Sequence record: SRR31156797_1306
Direction: 5' to 3' (one strand)
DNA: 64,000 bases
Shown in pieces: positions 62,683 through 64,000 of this stretch. Position numbers and translations under genes: made by a program. The notes beneath the pieces were generated by a model. It was not told the DNA's origin and ran no database searches. It saw only the letters and a list, made by a program, of their open reading frames with translations. How positions within the stretch are numbered: the stretch's first letter is position 1; every line of letters begins with the position of its first letter.

Positions 62683-63498
62683 CTAATTAAAACGAATATT
62701 CGATGTATTCGGAAGTGCATCAATTGTAAGCATTTGCTCTTTATTTCCAGTTCCATTATCTGGAGTAACAATTGAACCTATTTTGGCTTTACCATCTGAA
62801 ATTTCTAATGTTACACTTTGAGCTATTGCAACAGGTCCCGATAATTCAACTTCAATCGTCACACTTTTTTTATTTCCTGGAATCGAAATCCCATTGTAAT
62901 CGGTAACTCCACTAACTCCATTCACTGTTACATTATCAATTGAATAATCTACACTTGTTTTTGCTAGAGTAAAATCAAACTCCCAAGTATCAACTGGTAA
63001 AGCATATGTTACATCATCGAGGGTAACAGTAAATTGAACTGTTGTTGTTGCAGAAGCACCTTGAGCTAAAATATGGTTATCTTCATCATGACATTCATTA
63101 GCATTATCACCTGCTATTAAGAAGAAAGTATTACCCTTAACTGTAATATCCGCCGATCTTACAGAGATACAACCGCCAGCTGGTTTTGATTCCTTAAATT
63201 GAATCGTAAAATTAGGATTACCATCAGGACTAATAGAAGCCCAATCTTTATTCCAGGTAATAACCAGCTTTGCTTCATTTCCAACTTTTGTTTCAGCCAT
63301 AAAGACAGTAGGTTGAGAAGTTAAAGCAACCCCTGATGCATCAGCAACTATCCAAGATGCTGTATTATTTGTCCCATCTTCCATGGTAACCAAATATGTT
63401 TGCTGAGAGTTTTGATATGGATTTTGTGCATCCTGAGCAAATAGATTACTCGTCAAACCAATCAAAGTGGCAATAAGTACAATCTTAAATATTTTCAT
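62683..63498 (-). CDS. Secreted two-domain Ig-like protein (array member 6)
   Basis: Signal peptide LFA-Q, PYQNSQQTY, VITW, GGCISVR, NECHD, TWEFDF, tail IDALPNTSNIRFN. Confidence 0.85.
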   Translation of the reverse strand: MKIFKIVLIATLIGLTSNLFAQDAQNPYQNSQQTYLVTMEDGTNNTASWIVADASGVALTSQPTVFMAETKVGNEAKLVITWNKDWASISPDGNPNFTIQFKESKPAGGCISVRSADITVKGNTFFLIAGDNANECHDEDNHILAQGASATTTVQFTVTLDDVTYALPVDTWEFDFTLAKTSVDYSIDNVTVNGVSGVTDYNGISIPGNKKSVTIEVELSGPVAIAQSVTLEISDGKAKIGSIVTPDNGTGNKEQMLTIDALPNTSNIRFN

Positions 63499-63526
63499 GA
63501 TATATAGTTTTGTCGTTTTCAGTCAA

Positions 63527-64000
63527 TTAAAAAGTAATACCAGACGCAGCAGGTAGAGCTTTAACTATAGTAGAAGCAGTGTTCGTATTAGTGTCAGGAG
63601 TACCTTCAGCAGTTTTAGTTACACCATTTACGGCAAAAGCTTCTGATAATACAAGCTCTACTGTAACCTGTTCGTTCGCATTACCTGTAACATCAACTTC
63701 AATAGTACGTGTATCACCAACAGAAACACCCAAATCTGCATATTTTCCACCTGATTCAGTAAGAGTACTAGCTCCGATTCGCACTGCAGAAACTGAAGGA
63801 GAACCAGCTCCGGTAAGGTTTACTGCGAATTTATACTCCCATGTATCTATTGTCCATGCAGCATCCTTAGTCATACTAACGTCAAATGTCACAGTTGTAG
63901 TTGCATTATCATTCAAATTAGAAACCAAGTCATGCAATGCATTACATTGAGTTGAATTTCCTTCTGCAATTGTTACATCGAAAGAATTATTGGTCTTATA
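63527..64000 (-). CDS. Array member 7, 5' end outside window
   Basis: The frame is open to base 64000: YKTNNSFDVTIAEGNSTQCNALHD...TWEYKF... with tail VKALPAASGITF. Confidence 0.85.
   Translation of the reverse strand, partial: YKTNNSFDVTIAEGNSTQCNALHDLVSNLNDNATTTVTFDVSMTKDAAWTIDTWEYKFAVNLTGAGSPSVSAVRIGASTLTESGGKYADLGVSVGDTRTIEVDVTGNANEQVTVELVLSEAFAVNGVTKTAEGTPDTNTNTASTIVKALPAASGITF

Noticed and set aside
58372-64000. Array as type V (FimA/Mfa) pilins or chaperone-usher fimbriae
   Set aside because: No lipobox leaders and no usher or chaperone in the window. The linked genes are T9SS type B components.

Overview
An AT-rich chromosomal window from a Bacteroidota bacterium. The gene content (murF-alr fusion, gldB, PorP/SprF, type B T9SS CTD, TAnnTTTG promoters) suggests a Marinifilaceae-like organism, which is an inference. 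Most of the window is housekeeping: recA 3' end, S9 peptidase, LytS/LytTR pair, miaA, smpB, uvrA, patB, dps, pepC-like, lpdA, metal ABC transporter, meaB, nadE, tdk and rsmI. I saw no tRNA, rRNA, CRISPR array or mobile element. The strongest candidate for an undescribed system is the minus-strand locus at 54560 to beyond 64000. It has at least seven paralogous two-domain Ig/PKD-like secreted proteins, then a type B T9SS cargo that starts with the same module, then a PorP/SprF barrel. The small subunits appear to lack the first beta-strand of domain 1 and carry it as a free C-terminal tail. Their two conserved cysteines follow a pattern that, inside the cargo protein, seems to link neighbouring domains. 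I infer a T9SS-anchored, strand-complemented, disulfide-locked fibre or pilus. Other points of interest are an orphan 547-aa curlin-repeat protein, an 11-bp-phased cluster of DnaA-box-like motifs after smpB, an ECF sigma/anti-sigma/vWA module built from SusC-like fragments, a TerB-like ABCG-type exporter, and a ferredoxin missed by the ORF track. All calls are by eye; no searches were run.
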